DNA of 64,000 bases from Isurus oxyrinchus (Eukaryota). The stretch covers positions 149,668,001-149,732,000 of the forward strand of contig JANJGN010000001.1 of assembly GCA_026770705.1 (NCBI GenBank), written 5' to 3'. This document shows, piece by piece, positions 26,400-40,920 of the stretch (position 1 is the first letter of the stretch; every line of letters starts with the position of its first letter). The translations under genes were made by a program, and so were the position numbers. The notes beneath the pieces are model-generated. The model was not told the DNA's origin and did no database searches. It saw only the letters and a list, made by a program, of their open reading frames with translations.

Positions 26400-27765
26400 C
26401 GGAAGATTTGGAAGGGTAGGTCAGATGGTGCAACAGTCCTAGCAGATTGGAGGGTGAGAAATGTAACCTCAGTATTTAAAAAAGGGAGGGAGAAAACAGC
26501 AAATTACAGACCGGTTAGCCTAACATCAGCTGTCAGCAAAATGCTAGAGTCTATTATAAAGGATGCAATAAAAGGACACTTAGAAAATATCAACTAGATT
26601 AGACAAAGTCAACATGGATTCAAGAAAGAGAAATCATGTTTGATAAACCTAATGGAGTTTTTTTTTAAGGACCTAACTAGCAGAATAGATAATGGAAAAC
26701 CAGTGGATGTAGTGTATTTGGATTTTCAGAAAGCTTTTGATTAAGTCCCACATAAGAGGTTATTGTGAAAAATTAAACCACATGGGTTTGGGGTAATATA
26801 TTGACATGGATTGAGAATTGATAAACAGACAGAAAACAGAGTTGGAATAAAGAGGTCTTTTTTGCAGTGGCAGGCAGTGACTCGTGGGGTACCGCAGGGA
26901 TCAGTCGTTGGGCCCCAGCTATTCACAATATATATCAATGATTTGGATCAGAGAACCAAATGTAACATTACCATTTTTGCTGACAACACGAAACTTGGTG
27001 GGAATGTGAGTGGTAAGGAGGATGTTAAGAGGCTTTAAGGTGATTTAGACAAGTTGAGTGAGTGGGCAAATACATGGCTGATGCAGTATAACGTGGAGAA
27101 GTGTGAAGTTATCCACTTTGACAGGAAAAACAGAATGGCAGAGTATTATTTAAACAGTGATAGATTGGGAAATGTTGAGGTACAAAGAGACCTGAGTGTC
27201 CTTTTACACCAATCACTGAAAGCAAGTATGCAGGTGTCGCAAGCAGTTAAGAAGTCAAATGGTATGTTGACTTTAATTGCAAGAGTACTTGAGTGCAGGA
27301 GCAAGGATGTCTTATTGCATACAGGGCCCTGGTGAGACCAAACCTGGAGTAGTATGCACAGCTTTGGTATCCTTACCTAAGAAAGAATATACTTGCCACA
27401 GGGGGAGTGCAGTGAAGGTTCACCAGTCTGATTCCTGGGATGTCAGGATTGTCGTATGAGGAGAGATTAGGTCAACTAGGCCTGTATTCACTGGAGTTTA
27501 GAAGAATCAGAGGGGATCTCATTGAAAAATATAAAATTCTGATAGGGCAGAACAGACTAGATGCAGGGATGATATTTCCTCTGGTGGCGGAGGGGGCGGG
27601 GTCTAGAACAAGGGGTCACAGTCTCAGGATACAGGGTAGGCCATTTAGGACTGAGATGAAGAGAAACTTCTTCACACAGAGGGTGGTGAACCTATGGAAT
27701 TCCTTACCACAGAATGCTATAAAGGGCAAGCCACTGAGTATATTTGAGGAGGAAATAGATAGAAA
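26400..27765 (+). mobile_element. CR1 RT and 3' portion
   Basis: GVPQGSVVGPQLFTIYINDL...FADNTKL and FFTQRVVNLWNSLP. Confidence 0.92.
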
Positions 27766-28254
27766 CCTTTGGAGTCTAGAAATTTTTGCTTTTAAAACAC
27801 TGTTACAATGTAAATATTGTAAAGCAAACAGCTGATATTAGTGGCCAGGTGCTTCACACAGATAATAAAGTTTAACTTTAGAACCAATGTACAAATTATT
27901 AGAATTTCATATTCAGAATTTATATTACAGTCCTCTACAAGGCATGGATGAGGTGGTCTTTATTTTGAAGATTGAGTGAAATGACCAATCCTAAGCATAA
28001 TTTTGATCATAAGGACTTGACTTCCCTGGTGTAGCTGGTTAGTCCAACTTGTAGAAGCAGTCCCATCATTTTAAGCACTAGCAAATCTACAAGATAATCT
28101 GATAATCTCTCATTTTTAGGACTAATCTGGTTACAAACATTACAGTATTAAAACTGCTTATTGATCTTACAAACGCAAATATTCCACTCTGCAACCACAC
28201 TCACAATGGCCTTCTCTATTTGACATACAAATAAAAAGTGACTATGGACAGAAT

Positions 28255-28558
28255 ATTATTTAATTGTTTGGTAGTACAGAACTTGAGTACTGCTGAAAAA
28301 AAGAGAAATGCTATCAAAGCTTTTCATCTTGCACTCGTCAGGACAGTTCGCAAGAAATACCAACAGTAAAGGGAACAACAATTTATAATATATGAGAAGA
28401 GACTGTTGATTGCTTGGCAAATGGACTCTGATTGGTAGAAGCATTTCTATGGGGACAGCAGGAAACAGTTAACTGCCAAGCTTTTGTTCAAATTCAAACC
28501 AGGCAGGTTGATTCTGACTGGTGAAGGTATTGTTAAGAGGGATAAACCAGAGAATGGC
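28255..28558 (-). mobile_element. 3' terminus of second PLE lineage with hammerhead (28311-28346)
   Basis: Minus strand reads CTGTC-CTGACGA-GTGCAAGAT-GAAA-AGCT-TT-GATAG; homologous to 50325-50560. Confidence 0.7.
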
Positions 28559-28644
28559 ATTTAAAAACGCAGCGTGCTACAACGTTCTATGTTGATATGT
28601 CTTTGGCCCATAGTAAGACTATAATCTAACCTTGGTGGCTCTGT

Positions 28645-29623
28645 GATCTGTGGATATGCACATCAAGGTCCCTCTGACCTTCAGTGCTTTCCAGGATCCT
28701 GCCATTCATTGTGTAATCCTTTGCCTTGCTAGCCCTCCCCAAGTGCATTACCTCACACTTTTCCGAGTTGAATTCCATTTGCCCCTGCTGTGCCCACCTG
28801 ACCAGTCCATTAATATCCTGCAGTTTACAGCTATCCTCCTATTTACCACCTTACCAATTTTCATGTCATCTGCCAACTTCTTGATTGTACCCCCTACACT
28901 TAAGACCAAATCCTGCCAATTTATCCACTTTTAAGGCCGCTAAACCCGTAGTACCTCCTCTCTCTCTAGTTAATTTCCTCTAGTATTTCACAGTTCTCCA
29001 CCCTGATTGTCGATACCTGTGTCATCCTTTTCCATTGCGAAGACCGATGCAAAGTATTCACTGAGTCCACACACACATTATCTCTATGATCCCAAATTGG
29101 CCCTACTCTTTCCCTAGTTATTCTCTTGCTCTTTATATATTTTAAAACCCCCTTTGGGTTTTCCTTTATTCTATCCACCAATGCTTTCTCATGCACTCTC
29201 TTAGCTTTCCTACTTTCCTTTTTAAGAACCCTCCTGCACTTTAGGGACTTCACTGTACTGAGCCCTCAATATCTGCCATGAGCTTCTCTTTCTTCTTTAA
29301 TCCTAACCTTTAAGTCCCTTGACACTCAGGATTCTCCAGACTTGGTTCCCCCCTCTGTCTTCACGGGAACATATTTGACCTGTAGTCTTGGTACTTCCCA
29401 CTGCTCTAACACAGTTTTCACCAGCAAGTAGCTGCTCCCAGTCAACTTGCGCCAAATTGTTTCTCATCTTAGTAAAATTAGCTTTCCCCCAGTTTAGAAC
29501 TTTTATTCCCGGTCCAACCTTATCTTTTTCCATAACTATCCTAAATCTGACTGATTTATGGTCACTAACTTCACAATGGTCCCCTACTGATATGCCTTGC
29601 ACCTGCCTGGGCTCATTTCCAAA
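28645..29623 (-). mobile_element. CR1 ORF2 fragment with internal deletion
   Basis: SDHKSVRF and IKENPK motifs; same subfamily as 55110-58270. Confidence 0.85.
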
Positions 29624-29722
29624 TATTACCGAGTTGATGATCCTCCAGCTGCAGTTGATGTTTGTCTCAGTGTGTGTCCCTGGGAACAGCCCGTAGAGCA
29701 CAGAGTCCTGTGTCACAGAACT
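29624..29722 (-). mobile_element. Short Tx1/L1-type LINE C-terminal fragment
   Basis: TQDSVLYGLFPGTHTETNINCSWRIINSV; assignment is from recalled Tx1-clade ORF2 ends. Confidence 0.5.
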
Positions 29723-29866
29723 GCTTCTGACTACCTGTCCCAGGGTCCTTCTCTCACACTCTCCACTAGGTGCTACTGACTGCCTGTCCCCAGGGTTCCT
29801 CCTCCCGCACTTTCCTCTAGGTGCTGCTGGTTGCCTGTCCCAGGGTCCTCCTCTTGCACTCTCCTG
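29722..29866. repeat. Three diverged ~50-bp tandem units
   Basis: TGCTnCTGnnTnCCTGTCCCAGGGT...CACT.TCC units start at 29722, 29771 and 29822. Confidence 0.75.
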
Positions 29867-30089
29867 TTGGGAATATTGTGAATGTCAGATTGTAAGTAGT
29901 TGCGCTTTAAACTGCCCATTTAGTTCCAAGATAAGAGGGAGTTGGGATCTCCATTTAGGTAATTAGCATTTCTACCTAGGTAGAAGGCCCTTGTGATTCA
30001 TTTTGTCATGGGTAGGGGTACAGAGAAAGCCATCATAAAGTTCAGGATATGAGCTTTCCTATAACATAAGGGCATGGATTGAAAAGACC

Positions 30090-33000
30090 AAGTTCATGGG
30101 CGGCTCGGCTGTACAGGAGGGGAGGAAGAAGAAGGGGAGAGATACAGTGATAGGGAATTCATTGGTTAGGTGAACAGACAGGCATTTCCGTGACCGTAGA
30201 CATGACTCCAGGATGGTATTTTGCCTCGCTGGTGCCAGGGTAAAGGATGTCACAGAGCAGCTGGAGGACATTCTTCTGGGGGAGGGTGATCAGCCAGAGA
30301 TCATGGTCCACAATGGTAACAATGACTTAGGGAGGAAGGGGGATTTAGCCTTGCAATCAGAATTTAGGGAACTAGGTAGAGAATTAGCAAGCAGGACTTC
30401 AAATGTAGTAATCTCTAGATTATTCCCAGTGCCACGTGCCACTGAGTTCAGAAATAGGAGGATAAGACAGATGAACATGTGGCTGGAAAGATGGTGCAGG
30501 AGGGAGGACTTCAGATTCCTGGGACATTAGGACCGGTTCTAGGGGAGATGGCACCTATATAAGCCAGACAGGTTGCACCTGGACAGAGCTGGGACTGAAT
30601 TCCTTGCGGGGCATTTTGCTGGAGCTATTGGAAGGGCTTTAAACTAACTCGGCAGGGGTGTGGAAGCCAAGAGAAAATATCAGAGAGGAGTACCAGAGCG
30701 CACAAAATACAGGGAGGGGCGGACAGCACTAGCATAGAGAATAGTAAGTTAATAGATAAAGTTGGGGCAAGGCAGGAAGTAACAAAATCTAAATCAGGGT
30801 TAATATGCATGCATGTGAGTGCACAGAGTATAGTAAATAAAATTGGGGAGTTACAGGTGCAGATTGCCATGTGGAAATATGATGATGTGGTGATAACAGA
30901 GTCCTGGCTCAAGGAAGTGCGGAGCTGGGTGCTAAAGATTCCTGGGCACAAGGAGTTCAGAAGAGATAGGAAAGGAAGGAGAGGAGGAAGGGGCGTGACG
31001 GTATTGGCTAAGGAGAGCATTGCAGTACTGGAGAGACAGGATGTCCCAGAGTGTTCAAGGGCAGAATCAATTCGGCAAGAGTTAAGGAACAAAAAAGGTG
31101 CAATTACATTGCTCGGTGTAGTCTATAGACTGCCAAATAGTGAGAGGGATGTAGCATAGTTATAATGGGGAACTTTAATTACCCGAATGTAGATTGGCTC
31201 AGTGGTAGTGTAAAGGGTGGAGAGGTGTAAAAATTCCTAGATTGTATTCAGGAGAATTTTCTACAGCAGTATGTGTCCATTCCAACAAGAAAAGACCTGT
31301 TTTTTGGAAATGAGATAGGCCAAGTAGATCAAGTGTCAGTGGGGGAACATTTAGAAGGCAGTGATCATTGTATTGTACATTTTAGGATAATGATAGAAAA
31401 GGACCAAAGGCAATCCAGAGTAAGAATAATTAACTGGGCAAGGGCTGACTTCGATGGTGCAAGAAGGAGCTGGGCCAGATAGACTGAAACAAAAGATTGG
31501 TGGGAAAAACTGTAGCCAAACAATGGGCTACCTTCAAAAAATAATTGGTTCAGGTACAGTCAAGGTATATTTCATCAAAAGGGAGAGGAAGGGCAATCAA
31601 ATCAAGAGCTCACTGGATGAAAAAGGAGATTGAAATTAAGATAAAGAAATAAAAGTGTGCTTAAGATAGGTGTCAGGTAGAAAATACAATGACAGTTCAG
31701 AGGGGAGGTGAGAAAGCAAATAAAAGAAGCGAAGAGGAATTATGAGAAAAGACTGGCAGCCAACATAAAGGGGAATCCCAAAGGCTCCTACAGACATATA
31801 AATAGTAAAAGGGCGGTAAAAGGAGGAGGAGACTGATTAGGGACCTAAAAGGGAGTTTACACATGGATGAAGGGGCCATGGCTGAGGTATTAAATTAATA
31901 TTTTGCATCCGTCTTTACCAAGGAGGTAGATGCTACCCAGGCCATGGTGACAGATGAGGAAACTCTGTCACAAGAAGGGTTCAAAATTGACAAGCAGGAA
32001 GTGTTTACTTGCTGAGTTTTTCCAGGTAATTCTGTTTTTGTTTTGGAAGTGTTTATTGGACTGTCAATACTTAAAGTTGACGGCACTGGGACCGGATGAG
32101 ATGTATCCAAGGATATCGAAGGAAGTGAGAGTAGAAATTGCAGTGGCACTGATCATAATCTTTCAGTCTTACCTAGGCTTTGGGGTGGTGGCAGAGGACT
32201 GGAGAGTTGCAAACATTACGCCCATGTTCAAAAAAGTTGTATGGATAAGGCGAGCAATTACAGATCAGTCAGGTTAACTTCAGTGGTGGGCAAGATTCTA
32301 GAAACAATTATTTGCGATGGAATTAGTGGTCATATGGAAAAAAAAGGTTGATAAGGAAGAGCCAGCATGGACTGCTAAAGGGGAAATCATGTTTAACTAA
32401 CTTGGAGTTTTTTGAAGAGGTAACAGGAAAGGTTGTACGGGGGGGTAATGCTGTTGATGTGGTATACATGAACTTTCAAAAGGCATTTGACACCGTGCCA
32501 CACAACAGACTTGAGAGAAAAATTATTGCTCATGGAATAAAAGGGACAGTAGCAATGTGGATACAAAATTGGCTGAAAAATAGGAAGCATAGAGTAATGG
32601 CCAACATATATTTTTCGGGCTGGAGAAAGGTTTGTAGTGGAGTTCCCCAGGGGTCGGTATTGGGACTTTTGCTTTTCCTGATATATATTAATGACCTAGA
32701 TCTTGGTGTGTAGGGGACAATTTCAAAGTTTGTGGATGATACGAAGCTTGGAAGTGGTGTGAACTGCAAGGAAGACAGTGTGGAACTTCAAGAGGACATA
32801 GGCAAGTTGGCGGAGTAGGCAGATAGGTAGCAGATAAAGTTCAATGTGGAGAAGTGTGAGGTGATGCCTTTTCATAGGGAGAAAATGGACAGACAATATA
32901 AAATAAGGACTGAAATTTTGAAGAGGGTGCAGAAGCACAAAGACTTGCGTGTATATGTGCATAGCTCATTGAACGTGACAGGACAGACACAGACAGAAGT

Positions 33001-33628
33001 TAATAAAGCATATAATATCCTGAGTTTTAATAGGGGCATAGAGTACAAGAGCAGAGAGGTTATGCTTAATTTATATAAGACACTCATTAGACCTCATCTA
33101 GAATAATGTGTACAGTTCTGGGTGCCACATTATAGGAAGGGTGTGAATACATTGGAGAGAGTTTACAGGAATGGCTTCAGGGATGAGAAACTTCAGCTAT
33201 GAGGATAGATTGGAAAGGCTGCAACGGTTCTCCTTGGAGAGAAAGCAGCTAAGAACAAATTTGATAGAGATGTTCAAAATCATGAGGGGGCTGGGCAGAG
33301 TAGATAGGGAGAAGCAGTTCCCACTTGTCAAAGAATCAAGAATGAGGGGGCACAGATTTAGTGATTTGCAGAAGAAGCAAATCTGGAGTGAGAAAAAACT
33401 TTCATACAACGAGTGGTTCGGGTCTAGATTGCACTGTCTGGAAGTGTGGTGGACGCAGGTTCAACCGAGGCATTCAAGAGGTATTAGATGATTATTTGAA
33501 TAAAAACAATGTGCAAGGGTACAGGAAAAAGGCAGGGCAATGGTACTATATCATAACACTTGTTTGGGGAGCCGGTGCAGACACAATGGGCTGAATGGCC
33601 TCCTCCTGTGCCGAAGAAATTCTGTGAT
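30090..33628 (+). mobile_element. Near full-length CR1 LINE (esterase ORF1, APE, RT, tail), disrupted
   Basis: ORFs 30213-30530, 30809-31159, 32348-32713 (GVPQGSVLGLLLFLIYINDL) and 32846-33106; tail AATGGCCTCCT...ATTCTGTGAT. Confidence 0.95.
32008..32044 (+). mobile_element. 37-bp PLE short-terminus insertion with 11-bp TSD inside CR1
   Basis: CTTGCTGAGTTTTTCCAGGTAATTCTGTTTTTGTTTT flanked by GGAAGTGTTTA at 31997-32007 and 32045-32055. Confidence 0.85.
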
Positions 33629-35274
33629 GGGAAGTTAAAACGAGGTTAGAACAGTCACCCAGCTTGTGCTCAAGGGAGGTTGGTAAAATAAAACCTTACT
33701 GTTCTAAGATTTCAACTTACTAAGCTGAGGAAAAAAAACACAAATAAACGTTCAGGAGCTAAGAATCACTTTACTTTGATTCTGGGAAAAGTGAATGTCT
33801 ACGTAAAGGACAGTGTAAAGTATACCTATGAAGTGTGTTTTTTTGGTTGGGCTAAGAATAAGAGAGGTACTCCATTCTGTGGTTTAAAGTATAAGTTGCC
33901 TATGAAAATACTGTTTTGTTAATAGTTTTTAATCATTTGCTACAGTAATCAGTGGACTTGTGTAAAACCAGCAGAGACCGACAAAACATTTGTGGTGAAA
34001 TTAGAGTTCTTTATTGCAAAGGCATTTCTTTAAATCCCCATCCCATGCTATTCCATCTTTTCCATGCCATACCCATCCCAATCATATTATCCCCATCCCA
34101 TTGCAACTTCTCACCTTCTTCCTATGCCATCCCTAGTCCCAGTGGAACATTAAAGCATAGATTTAATTTACATATCCAGCAAGCAAAAGCAAATATAACA
34201 TTTAAAATCAAGTCTTATTACTAAAATGTTATTTGAAAGAAGAGGTTAGCCAAGTCTCATGGAAGAGAGTGGATGCTGCCTACCCAGTAGCTCCCAGAAA
34301 CCTTAGAACAAATAAGGAACTCATAAGTGTAAAATGTTAACATCAGAAGCACATGCCGATGTTATGATGATGTAACAACACATGACTGAGTAACAGATCT
34401 GGAGGGAGCAGAAGTTCCAACCTCATGCTGAGGTCTCAACATAGTAGTTGTAAATAAAGAGTAACAGTTTTAGCAAACTACAGCCTTAAGCAGCTTACTT
34501 GGGGAAAATAGACAAACCCCAAAGAAGCCCATCCAGAACCTGAACGCACAATGAAACAGTCAGGAATCATAACTGTGCAACAGAATCCTCCCTCAACCCA
34601 TTGACACTGGGCTGTCCTTTTCACTTTGAGGCTAAAATTACTCTGTTTTAATATTTCCTACTTATTAAATTGCAATGCTAGATTTCAACTAAATCATCAT
34701 TCTCCCAGAGAACTCAACCATGCTCAAATCACAGAGATAATAATTTCTATTTACACATTTTTGAGGTATCCCCAACTTCTGAGATTAAACAGCATCTTTT
34801 ATGAATCATTCAGACAGATCCTTTGGAAGGCCTGGTTGAGCTATTACAAATTCAACTATCTCCTTGTACGTTCTTCTTGCAATAAGAACCATGCTTCTAG
34901 TTTTTCATTATTTTTGATAGTCAATCCAATCCCCTCACCACTAACACATGTATAATTCCCATTGAAGGTGTCAATAACAAAAAAAAATCCTAACAATATG
35001 AAATCTTTGATCAGTTATAGCAAGATATAAAAACAAACTAGATCCACTGTAAATGTTGCTCACGGGAAGCCTGGGAACTGCAACAGTTTCTGATGTTTAA
35101 TACCGTGCCATAGCACCTTGCATCACTCATTGCAGCAAAACTGATATATCACAACTGAGGTGGTGAAAGTATGATACACACTACCAATTTTGAGGCCTGT
35201 ATCTAAGACTATTTAACATATCAAAGATTACTTAACATGGAAATAGCATTTTTAAATTTTTAAATCTGCCTTAA

Positions 35275-35625
35275 GCAGATGTTGGTGGTACTCCTTTCTT
35301 TAACCATATAGGTCGCAGATGGATCTAAATGGCCTCCTAGGCCATTTCAAAGAGCAGTTCAGAATCATCCATATGGCACTGGATTCACAAATAGGTCAGA
35401 CCAGGCAAGGATGACAGGTTTCCTCCCATAAAGGATGCAAATAGGGTCTTTGCAAATATCCAAAGGCTTCATGTTCACTTTACTGATTACTACTAAGATC
35501 ACAAATAATTTTTAGTTTAAATATTTTTTTAAATGAATTCAAATTCTCCAACATCCATGCTGGAATTTGAACTTTCTTCTCTGGATTATTAGCCTCGTGC
35601 CCATGACCACTACACCATCATACTG
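35275..35625 (-). mobile_element. Degraded tRNA-derived SINE of the 6876 family
   Basis: Matches 13240-13570. Confidence 0.65.
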
Positions 35626-38429
35626 CATCCTTTCTTCCCCATAACCACTTCACCGAGTTATTCAGTTAGAAACCGTTCTTTAACCTTTCTTTTTGTTTTC
35701 CAATAGTGTGCTCAATTTTCTTGAAGCTGTTTGTTTTGTACAGCACAGCACCGGAGATGTTCTCCTCACCATCTACTCCCCAATTACCTGTACCTTGAAC
35801 GGGTGGTAATTAGTGATCATTCAATGTTATAATGCTGACTTAAAGAGCTAACTACCAAACTTTATCTTTCCACATGTACATTTCTTCAGGGATGCAAATA
35901 CTGTTTTTATTTTTAAAATTTCCATCTCTACATTTCATTTAGCTCTTATTTGCCCAACCTTTTCTCAATTTTCTCCAATATCTGCTGGAACTTAATTGCA
36001 TTCCACAGCCTCTTTTGCTGTCTCATCTACTATTTTTGTGTACCACCATTCAAAATCTCCCACCACAACCTGTGTTTCTCATTAATAATCAGTGGCACAA
36101 TGCATATTAGTAGGCATGAAAAAAATATTTTGTCAATATATATATATATATAACAAAACTTATCTCCCCACAAAGGTTAGCACTATTTCCTTTACAAAAG
36201 GGAGATTTACAAAAGGTGAGTTTTGGAAGAGTCAAGAATCACAAAATATGGAAAGTAGCTGAGGTATAACTGCATTTATTGATTGGAGATACTGTGATCT
36301 CCCAAGTTTTCTTGAATGGCTCTGGTAGTTGCAGAGATTTTGCTCTGCTTTTTTTTTGGTCTATCTCAAGAGACTGCATGGTTGGTTGGGGAGGGCAGGG
36401 GAGATGTAGGGGTGGGCTTGGTTGGGATTGGGTTGATGATGCTCATAGGTTGTGCCATGTGAATGGCCCAGTTAGTCTTTTCCTGTTTTCTTTAACCTGT
36501 TCAGGCGAAAAAAACTAATTTTATCAATTTTTAATAAATAAAAATGTCTGTTTACTAGACAGGAAATTTTAAACACAGATGACATTGAGTGCTTGCTTTG
36601 AATCAGATCAACCCAATGCTACTGAGGCAGCATGTAGGATAATTGTTGATCATACTGTGAAATTCAACTGTAAGCAAATCCATTCACAGTGGGAGTGTGT
36701 GCAAAAATGAAATAGTCTAAACTCCACATCCTGACTGAATGAAACATTTAAAGTACACATGTTCATGCACAAGGCAAGTTAAAAAAGAGAGAATTGTGAA
36801 GACAATTATTCTGAAATATGTAGCACTGCAGAAGGAAAGGAATCTACTCTCCCTTTTGGCAATCCCTTTGAACCTTGCATTTTAAAAGAATATATAGGTT
36901 TATCGTTCACAGACAAAAAAATTAAATTCTCTTTTGTTTTGCTGGAACCCATTTTTTTACTCAAGTCCCACTTTGTATTTCTTTTTCACTAGTATTTTCT
37001 AACTTTCCCACTCCTGCTCTATTTATCCTGATGTATCTTGAACTACTTTGGTCACTCATGCTAACCTGCATCTATTCTTTTTCTGTATACCTTGCATTAT
37101 TAACTTACAGATTTACTCAATTTATTTTTAAAAAATTTATATTAAAGCTACATGCACATCATGCCACATGAAGCAGCATAAACATGGCCCAAGATTTTCC
37201 TGTTGACATGCACTATTGTAATGTCAACTACAGCATAGTGAACTTTGAACGTTGCAATCGGAAAAGAAAATTATTGCTAGGTGACTTCCTTGAAACGAGT
37301 GCCTGGGATGCAGGAGGGAAGTGCAGATGAGCAGTGGCACTCATAAATGAAATTTAATTATTTCTATCCAGGAATCCAATTGCTCAATGTTGCCACTTGA
37401 CATAGAATCTGACTGAGCAGTGGCATTACACAATTAACAGAGTCAGTTAGATGCGCACAATAATTTTAATATAAATTATAAGCTGAAATGGTCAAGCATC
37501 TGGAGAGCCCATTTAAGAAAACAAAAACCATGTAAAAAGAATTCTCACTGTTGCAAAAATAAATCATGCAATGGAAACATACGTAATGATGTGATGAAGA
37601 TGAATATGTGAACAACAAGCCACAGGAAATTGTTAATTATTTTAGCAACATTATAAAGATTTGGCGAGGGGAAAATGCCAGCATGGGAAGGAGGCCAAAT
37701 TTTCCCAACTCAGTAATGGCAGAGATGTTTTTTTTTAAAAATGGGAATAGTTAATGGTTTATGCAATAGTTATTCTCAGTTAATTATAATGGGCTATTTC
37801 TTACTGCTTTTCTGAATATTAAGTTATAACATGACATTTTCATAACATGACACTGGGCTACAAAATTAACAAGAGGAAATCCATAAGACATGTTTGCTTG
37901 GGAGCTCAGCAGTTTGTTGAGCCTCATTTAAGAAGCTCCAGAAATATCATGCAATATTCTTCCCTGTCATTCAATTAATCTTTCCTGTAATTTCCTGACT
38001 GAGTCGTTCACAGCTGACAGAAGCCCTTTTTATGCTACAGTTCAGATTGTGGAAGAACTGCACAAGTATGACTTTCAAGTCACCTCTCTTGTTTCTTTAC
38101 AACTGTCATAGGTCCTATCAGGCTCTGAACAGGTTTTTGGAAAATCTATCTTTTATCCATAGATAGGCTGCCTAAATTAATAAATATTTTTCAGAGACAC
38201 TTGCATCTTGAATGTCTACTTGTTGAAAGGATCAGAGCAGGGTGCAATCAATTACATGGAAGGAACAAAATCCAAGGGTTTCCGTAAAATACAGTAGTAG
38301 ATGATATCAATGATATTGAGAGGCCTTTCCTTGGAGATCCATGGACCAAGCGGAAGCTGCTGGAGTGCTGATATCCTAGTCCAGGGAAAGTTAGACACAG
38401 GTACAGCAGTTTCAGTTCTTTAAGTTGCT

Positions 38430-40920
38430 GAACAGTGGTTGGCGAAAAGTTCTCTTCAGCCATAATGCTAAAACTACTCCGACAGAGATATAGAACTCAA
38501 AGTCACATAGGGCAGCTGAAAGCAACCCTTCAATATAGAGAAGGGAAAATCACTGAAACCTTACATGAGATCCTGAACCAGAAATGTACGCTCTTAAGCA
38601 GGAAAGCCTGCACCGATTTACACTTGATTGCAGAGTAGAGGAACTGGAAAGCTGAGAAGATCAGCCTAAAAACTTCAGAACTGAATTTCCACAGCCATTC
38701 ACAAGAACTAGGAAAGTTGAAGACAGCATACCACATCACTCTATATCTTGAAATGAAGCTCACTGTTCACACCCAGAAAAGTTCCTCATACACTCATGCC
38801 AAAAGTAAAGGAGGAAATTGAGTCTACTTTGAAGCAAGAGGTTATTTCATCTGTGACAGAACCAAAAAGCTGGTGCTTGGGGATGGTCCCAGTGCCAAAA
38901 CCCAAATGATCTTTCAGAGTTTGCATACATCTTACACAGTTGAACAAGGCAGTTGAACGTGAAGTTCATCCTACGTCGTCTGTGGGCGAGAGCTGAGCAA
39001 AGTTGGGAAAGAATTCAATCTTCATGACACCAGATGCAATTGGTGGTTTTTGGCAACTACCCCTCAATGAAAAATCTAAATTGCTCGCAACTTCATTACA
39101 TCGTTTGGGAGGTTCTGTTTCAACAGATTACCCTTCGGCATCACATCAGTGCCAAAAAGACAGGATGGAGTCGTATGTCAAATGATGATGTCCCGAGTCA
39201 TGGATCCACTCAGACAGAACATGACACTAGAGTGTGAGCAGTGCCACAACCCCTACAGGAAGCAGGGCTTACACTCAACACAACAACAATTGCAAATTCT
39301 CACAGCCACCTGTCAAGTTCCTTGAGCATCCGGTGCCAGAGTTGCTCCACAGAAGACAAGAGCAATCAAGGAGTTTTTAGCTCCTTGGAACGTGACTGAG
39401 CTCATGAGTATCATGTTGGAAAGTTCTTGCCCAACCTAGCTGGCCTCAATGAGCCACTATGTCAGCTGTTATGACAAGACTTTTCACGGTGCTGAAAGGA
39501 AGCAAAACAGAGGTCTTTTGAGAAAATCAAAGATGCTGATATCACCTGATATTTTAGCTCACTATGACCCACAGCTACTCACTATCATTGCTCCAGATGC
39601 ATCTTATACAGGACTGGGAGCTGTACTCTTTCAGATACAGATAGATGGAAAGGGCAGACCAGTTTAATACATTCACTGACAGAGACCAAACAGAGATATG
39701 CAGTGGTAAGAGAAAGAAACATTAGCTGCTACATGGGCTTGTGAAAAGTTTGCAAATTATGTCCTTGATCTCCACTCCAAGACAGAGATGGACCACAGAC
39801 CCTAAGTGACACTTAAATTCTAAAGAGTTCACAATAATGCCTCCATGAGCGCAATAATTCAGACTGAGGTTTGATGCAAAGACAGAGTATGTTCTGGGAA
39901 AACAGCAGACTATAGCAGATAATTTGTTCCATATCCCAGTGGCAAGACCTGAATAAGGTGATCTAAGTTGTTGAAGAGATAGAAACCTTTGCATCGACAA
40001 CAACCACAACTCTACCAGCAACGAGTCAGTGACTAAATGAAATCAGAGATGCACAGAAATCTGATAAAGAATATGCTCAGGTGAGAGAGTACTGTGTCAA
40101 AGGATGGACAGTACATATGCCACAGAAACCCATTCTCAGAGAGTATTATGAACAGAGAGGGGGCCTCAGTGCAGTTGATGATTTACTCATCTATGATGAG
40201 AGATTGGTCATTGAGAGTTCTGAGGTTTGATATACTGCAAGGACATTTGGGCATCACAAAATGTCGAGCTAGAGCAAGGTCTTCTGCTTGGTGGCCAGGA
40301 CTCTCAAAATAGTTGGAAGAATTGATATCAAATGTATTACTAGTGCTATTCTTCGTCAGGAGACAAGAGGACAGCTAACTTCATCCTTCTTTCCATCAAG
40401 ACCATGGGATGGAGCTCTTTGATCACAGAGGTAAGATGTTCTTGATCATAGTAGACTACTACTCAAGATTGAATAAAAGTCAAGTAACTGCAGAGTCACA
40501 TTTCTGGAGTAGTGATTACATCGCTAAAGGAGACATTTGCAACACGTGGAATCCCAGGCCATGTAATCTCGGACAATGGATAGCAGTTCACCTGAAAGAC
40601 TTCACAACATGATAATGGATTTGTTCATGCTACCGGTTCACCAAGATACCTCAAACCAATGGTGAAGTTGAAAGAGGAGTGCGTACAGTGAAAGCTTTGC
40701 TAAAGAACAATAACATCCAACTTGTACTTCAACTCCACCCCAAAATGGTTTAGCACCATGTGAACTCCTAAGAACTCAACTCGCTATGCTCCCACACACA
40801 CTTATGCCGTGTGTACAAGTTAATGACTTGGACAAGGAGAGGGGAAAGAAAGGATGAGTATCATAATTCTAACTATGTAATATGCTAACAAGACAGTGCA
40901 CATCATCACAGGAAGTGATT
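38430..40920 (+). mobile_element. Degraded Gypsy/Ty3 internal region (RT, RNase H, integrase)
   Basis: DAIGGFWQLPL and RLPFGI (RT), DASYTGLGAVL (RNase H), GHLGITKC...WWPG and IIVDYYSR (integrase), in Gypsy order; polypurine tract near 40836-40852. Confidence 0.88.
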
